Source: a virus (Duplodnaviria; Caudoviricetes). Taken from it: a stretch of DNA of 38,334 nucleotides. Below the pieces are notes generated by a model. The model saw only the letters and a program-made list of their open reading frames with translations. It was not told the DNA's origin and did no database searches. A program made the position numbers and the translations under genes. The stretch lies in the IMG/VR virus record IMGVR_UViG_3300012942_000085, positions 1 through 38,334 of that record. One strand, 5' to 3'. Positions 34,918 through 38,334 of the stretch are shown piece by piece (the first letter of the stretch is position 1; the number at the start of each line of letters is the position of its first letter).

Positions 34918-35127
34918 CTATCTGTGCATCAACGCGTTCGCGAAGCTCGGCCTGCGGCGCGGCTTCTTCGAAAGCATGGCCACGATCCTGCCGCGCATCA
35001 GCCAGCGGTACGTGTCGTACGGCAGCCACAAGCGATCAACCTCAGTTATTGGCGCAGCGTAGACCTCCCTAAGCAGTGCCGAAAAGTCCGCCATGATGTC
35101 TTGCGGGGTCTTGTCGTCCCAGCTCAA
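34918..35127 (-). CDS. 69-aa protein resembling a DUF2184-type major capsid protein segment
   Basis: W..KTP..I..D…L…D.L.LP…Y..L; TTG start overlapping the upstream TGA. Confidence 0.55.
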   Translation of the reverse strand: MSWDDKTPQDIMADFSALLREVYAAPITEVDRLWLPYDTYRWLMRGRIVAMLSKKPRRRPSFANALMHR

Positions 35128-35291
35128 CTCCACACCCCCATGAAGCCCGTGAACAATATGACCATGAGCACGAAGAACAGCAGCAGGCCGACCGCCGCCG
35201 TCAAATGCTCCTTCTTGACCCAGACGCAAAGCGCCGCCAGCAGCATCCCGGCCAGCGCCAACGCCGCCCCGACCTCCTCCGCAATCCTCAT
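35124..35291 (-). CDS. Small two-helix membrane protein
   Basis: Hydrophobic; GGAGGG RBS. Confidence 0.55.
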   Translation of the reverse strand: MRIAEEVGAALALAGMLLAALCVWVKKEHLTAAVGLLLFFVLMVILFTGFMGVWS

Positions 35292-35423
35292 CGCAACCCT
35301 CCCTTGTGGCACGCGCACGAGCAGCGCAGCGTGAAGCATTGACAATGCCTGCCGCGCAGGCAACTGCCGCCAGTGTAGCGCTCATCCGGCCTCCTCCTCA
35401 CACCGTCCATCACGGTGGGCTTC

Positions 35424-35621
35424 CTAGGCCTGCGTATCGTCGGTTCCAGCGCCCTTGTCATGTTGCGCATCCAGCCTCCTTTGCAGCATTTCTCCGATGG
35501 CCTTCTTGTTGGCATTGATTCGGCTGAGGAAGTCATTAAGCTCCACAGTGCGACGGTTGATTTCCGTCATTTCCTTCCACGTCGGCTCGCGAAGAAGCTC
35601 TTTTACTCGCGCTTTGTCCAT
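35424..35621 (-). CDS. Small coiled-coil protein
   Basis: GGAGGG RBS. Confidence 0.55.
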   Translation of the reverse strand: MDKARVKELLREPTWKEMTEINRRTVELNDFLSRINANKKAIGEMLQRRLDAQHDKGAGTDDTQA

Positions 35622-36042
35622 TCTTTTCCCTCCACTTCTCGTTCGCCACGGCGAGGCACCTTCTGCACCCCGACGCAAGCCAAAATTCCCTCTATCATTG
35701 CTTCTCCTTTTCTTTCGGCAGCACGTAGCAGCCGACCCACACGCCCAACGCGAACCACGTCAACTCAACACCGTGTATTCTAAGGCCGACGAATTGAAGG
35801 CCAAGACCGAAAAAGTAACCCGAGAGAAGCAACGACCTGCGCGACCTCCACCAAGTCATTTTCCCTCCAATTTTCCCGACGTCCACTCGATAAACTCTCC
35901 ATACTTGCTTTAACCTGATGCCGCTGTTTGCACCTTGCGGCCCTGATCGATGCTGTCGGCGTGGAGGGCGTCAATCCTGTCCATATCGGCGCTGAGGGCG
36001 ATAGCCGACTCTTTCCACTGCTCGGGAGTTACCACATACGGT

Positions 36043-36345
36043 TTACTGGCCATTGTTCTGTCCTTTCGCTGCGTTCCATCCTGCTTCAAATAAATCTCGG
36101 TCGGCACCGCTATAGAAATCAGGATTAGCGAGTTTGTGTTGATTCCAAGATTCTTGGCACGTCTGCTCTGTGCTATGTGGGCAGTCCTTATTGGCCTCTA
36201 CGGATGCGGGTCGATAACGTGAGCACACCTGATCCATCGTTCGTTTTCCCAATCCATACTCATTGCAGCAAATTCCGCAGGATTGAGTGCCGTTTACGCT
36301 GATATGCTTTGGGTGCCCACATTCGCAAGTCTCTTTCGCTGTCAT
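36043..36345 (-). CDS. Cys-rich hypothetical protein
   Basis: CECGH…C..C…C; ATGA-coupled. Confidence 0.55.
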   Translation of the reverse strand: MTAKETCECGHPKHISVNGTQSCGICCNEYGLGKRTMDQVCSRYRPASVEANKDCPHSTEQTCQESWNQHKLANPDFYSGADRDLFEAGWNAAKGQNNGQ

Positions 36346-37052
36346 ATTCCCTCACTCGATTTCGTTCGCGCCGTCCTGCGACGAAACAGCAGCCCGCACG
36401 CCCCGCACGCCGTCAGCAAAAGCGGCCACGGCTCCGGCACGGGCGCCACGACGGGCGGTGGCGGCTCCTTGCACTTCTTGCAGTGCTTGGGCGGCAACGG
36501 CTCACCCACGAAGAACAGGTACGGCGACTGGTACGGGTAGGACGCGGCGGGGTACGCGCCGACCGCCACGTCCTCCGAAGTTTCTGGCACGGGCGCCGCG
36601 ACGGGCGGCGCGAAGTCGTCCTCGTCCAGCGCGAATTCCATGGGCGGCGGCTCGTCTAGCGGCAGCAGGCCGTCGTCCACCGCGTCCAGCGTCGGAACGG
36701 GCGCGCACGCGAATTCCAGCGCGGCCAGCGCCTCCAGGCGGGTCTTCGGAGCGGCCAACTTGGGCTTGAGTTTGGGCCTCCAACCCGGATGGTTGACCCG
36801 GTACAATTTCCATGCCAGCAGCGTGGCCGCGCTGTGGTAGGCGCGCGATGCGTTCTCGGCCACCTGCTCGGACACGCGGCAGACCTGCGGCATGTCCTCC
36901 GCTCCCAGTGCGAGGCACACACCGAGGATGGAAAAGGCGAGCCAAACCCGCCGCCGTTTCTTTGGCCGTCTCGCCTCCGGCTCCGGGTCGCAGACGGGGC
37001 ATACGTCGGGCATGCGGACCCCGTGCCCGCACCAGTTCGCGTATTCGCTCAT
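36342..37052 (-). CDS. Putative exported protein with a C-terminal PEP-CTERM sorting signal
   Basis: Basic plus hydrophobic segment near the N-terminus; C-terminal VPEP-hydrophobic-RRR. Confidence 0.7.
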   Translation of the reverse strand: MSEYANWCGHGVRMPDVCPVCDPEPEARRPKKRRRVWLAFSILGVCLALGAEDMPQVCRVSEQVAENASRAYHSAATLLAWKLYRVNHPGWRPKLKPKLAAPKTRLEALAALEFACAPVPTLDAVDDGLLPLDEPPPMEFALDEDDFAPPVAAPVPETSEDVAVGAYPAASYPYQSPYLFFVGEPLPPKHCKKCKEPPPPVVAPVPEPWPLLLTACGACGLLFRRRTARTKSSEGI

Positions 37053-37687
37053 TTGTCTTTCTCCTCTTCCAAGAATCTTGCGGCGCGCGTCAGGTGGAAC
37101 ACGTCGTCGTGCGGCTCCGGCCCCCACTCGCAGCCCCGCCCGACGACGGCACCGCAGTAGTCACAGGGCACGTCCAACTCGGTGCGCGAGGGGTCTGGGA
37201 CGTTGCGCGGTTCCTCTGGGCGCCAGTCCACGCATTCGGCCGCCTGCAGCGGGTGGGGCACCGAGGACTTGCGGCACGTGCCCAGCGGTTTCGTCGGCCG
37301 CGCCGCCTCGAACGCCCTCTTCTCCACCGCGTCCAACCGCGCTTGCAGCTGGTCGGCGCGCTGCTCGGTCATGCGCAGCCGCTCGAGCAGCGCCTCCAAT
37401 CCCTTCACGTCGAATCCGCCGACGCTCCTCAACAGGAGGTAGTGTCGCTTCAACGCCTCCCACATATCGACGACCTCGTCCGCCGACGCCTCCTCGGCGA
37501 TTTCATGCGGCGTCGTGGACAGGCTTGGCACCTCGTCCACATGGGCCACGTAGATGGCGGACATGGCCAGCACCGCCGCGACGCCCTCCCGCAATCCGGC
37601 GGGGTCCAGATCCCTCGCCGCGAATACGACCGAACCGTACGCCTCCGTGAACTTGCGCGCGGCCTCTTGAATCCTAGGGTCTTCCAT
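37049..37687 (-). CDS. Hypothetical protein with C-terminal zinc finger (C.YC.A..G..C…H..R)
   Basis: AAAGGAG RBS; TATAAT at 37720-37725. Confidence 0.7.
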   Translation of the reverse strand: MEDPRIQEAARKFTEAYGSVVFAARDLDPAGLREGVAAVLAMSAIYVAHVDEVPSLSTTPHEIAEEASADEVVDMWEALKRHYLLLRSVGGFDVKGLEALLERLRMTEQRADQLQARLDAVEKRAFEAARPTKPLGTCRKSSVPHPLQAAECVDWRPEEPRNVPDPSRTELDVPCDYCGAVVGRGCEWGPEPHDDVFHLTRAARFLEEEKDK

Positions 37688-37747
37688 ATCGCTCTCCTTT
37701 GGTTGGTGCGTGTCACTTAATTATAGACGGCCCGCGCGTCGGGGCCG

Positions 37748-37894
37748 CTACGATTCATCTTTTCTCCGCTTCTCCGACCTGTAGACCAGCCACGCCACAG
37801 CCAAGAACCCGGCCAGCAGCGAGGCGATCTGCGCCATGCAATTGAATATGCAGAACCACGCAAATCCGCTGGCGAAGTACGGGAGTGCCTTCAT
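37748..37894 (-). CDS. Small membrane protein
   Basis: Hydrophobic with a basic tail. Confidence 0.5.
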   Translation of the reverse strand: MKALPYFASGFAWFCIFNCMAQIASLLAGFLAVAWLVYRSEKRRKDES

Positions 37895-38136
37895 TCCAAC
37901 ACTTCTCCAAATCCGCCACACAACAGACAGTTCATCGTGGTCTCTGACAAAGCGCTCTCGAACAATCCCCTGCCCTTGCATGCGTCGCACGTCACCAGCC
38001 TCACTACGGCGCCGCAGCACTTGCCGCACACGCCCTTGACGCGGCTTTCAAGCGGGTTCTCGCACCAGCATCGAGGGAGCTCCGCCGTGTGCGGTTCGCC
38101 GTCGGCGTCCACGTGGCACCTCGGGAAGAGCCTCAT
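37891..38136 (-). CDS. CxxCxGxG zinc-finger protein
   Basis: CDACKGRG, CLLCGGFG. Confidence 0.55.
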   Translation of the reverse strand: MRLFPRCHVDADGEPHTAELPRCWCENPLESRVKGVCGKCCGAVVRLVTCDACKGRGLFESALSETTMNCLLCGGFGEVLE

Positions 38137-38333
38137 TCCTTGGCCCCGCAAGCCGCGCACCGACCGTCCCGCATGCAGTGGTGCCCCGTAGCGCACATCG
38201 CGTCGCCGCCAGCGCCCCACGGCGGTGGGTACATGCTGGAGCCGTTGGCGCGCAGGACTAGGTACGCGGCGGACACCTGCCGCTTGCCCTCGTCCGTGAG
38301 GATTTCGGAGCCGAACGCCTCGGCGAACGCGTA
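38133..38333 (-). CDS. 3' end of a hypothetical gene (partial)
   Basis: Open frame running to a TGA that overlaps the next ATG. Confidence 0.45.
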   Translation of the reverse strand, partial: YAFAEAFGSEILTDEGKRQVSAAYLVLRANGSSMYPPPWGAGGDAMCATGHHCMRDGRCAACGAKE

Positions 38334-38334
38334 C

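Noticed and set aside
180-37720. Many long plus-strand ORFs (e.g. 31332-33449, 13302-14549, 5687-6949)
   Set aside because: Shadow ORFs of high-GC minus-strand genes, with no motifs or RBS logic

Overview
This window is the early/replication arm of a high-GC dsDNA tailed phage (or prophage-like element). Nearly all genes lie on the minus strand and are tightly coupled by ATGA/GTGA overlaps. The arm ends at a convergent hairpin at 69-113, where an incoming plus-strand gene stops. Recognisable functions are family-A DNA polymerase, SNF2-type helicase, ATP-dependent ligase, PD-(D/E)XK and VRR-NUC nucleases, Vsr, a ThyX with altered signature residues, dCMP deaminase, a MazG-like NTP pyrophosphatase, an HD 5'-nucleotidase, a DHH phosphoesterase, a nucleotidyltransferase, a mini DnaJ, a GNAT, and five AT-rich free-standing endonucleases (3 EndoVII-type, 2 HNH-AP2). 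A repeated promoter/leader motif drives an early cassette. The most striking unexplained signal is a set of short ORFs or N-terminal tags that appear to be isolated fragments of conserved phage core proteins: PolA motifs (three copies in two ORFs), a DUF2184-like capsid segment, a DUF2213-like prohead protease segment, a lone Walker A and a helicase N-terminus. These may be a decoy or mimic repertoire. Other notable items are an antisense structured RNA candidate (~25600-25775) and a phage PEP-CTERM protein. All family calls come from motif recognition by eye; no searches were run.
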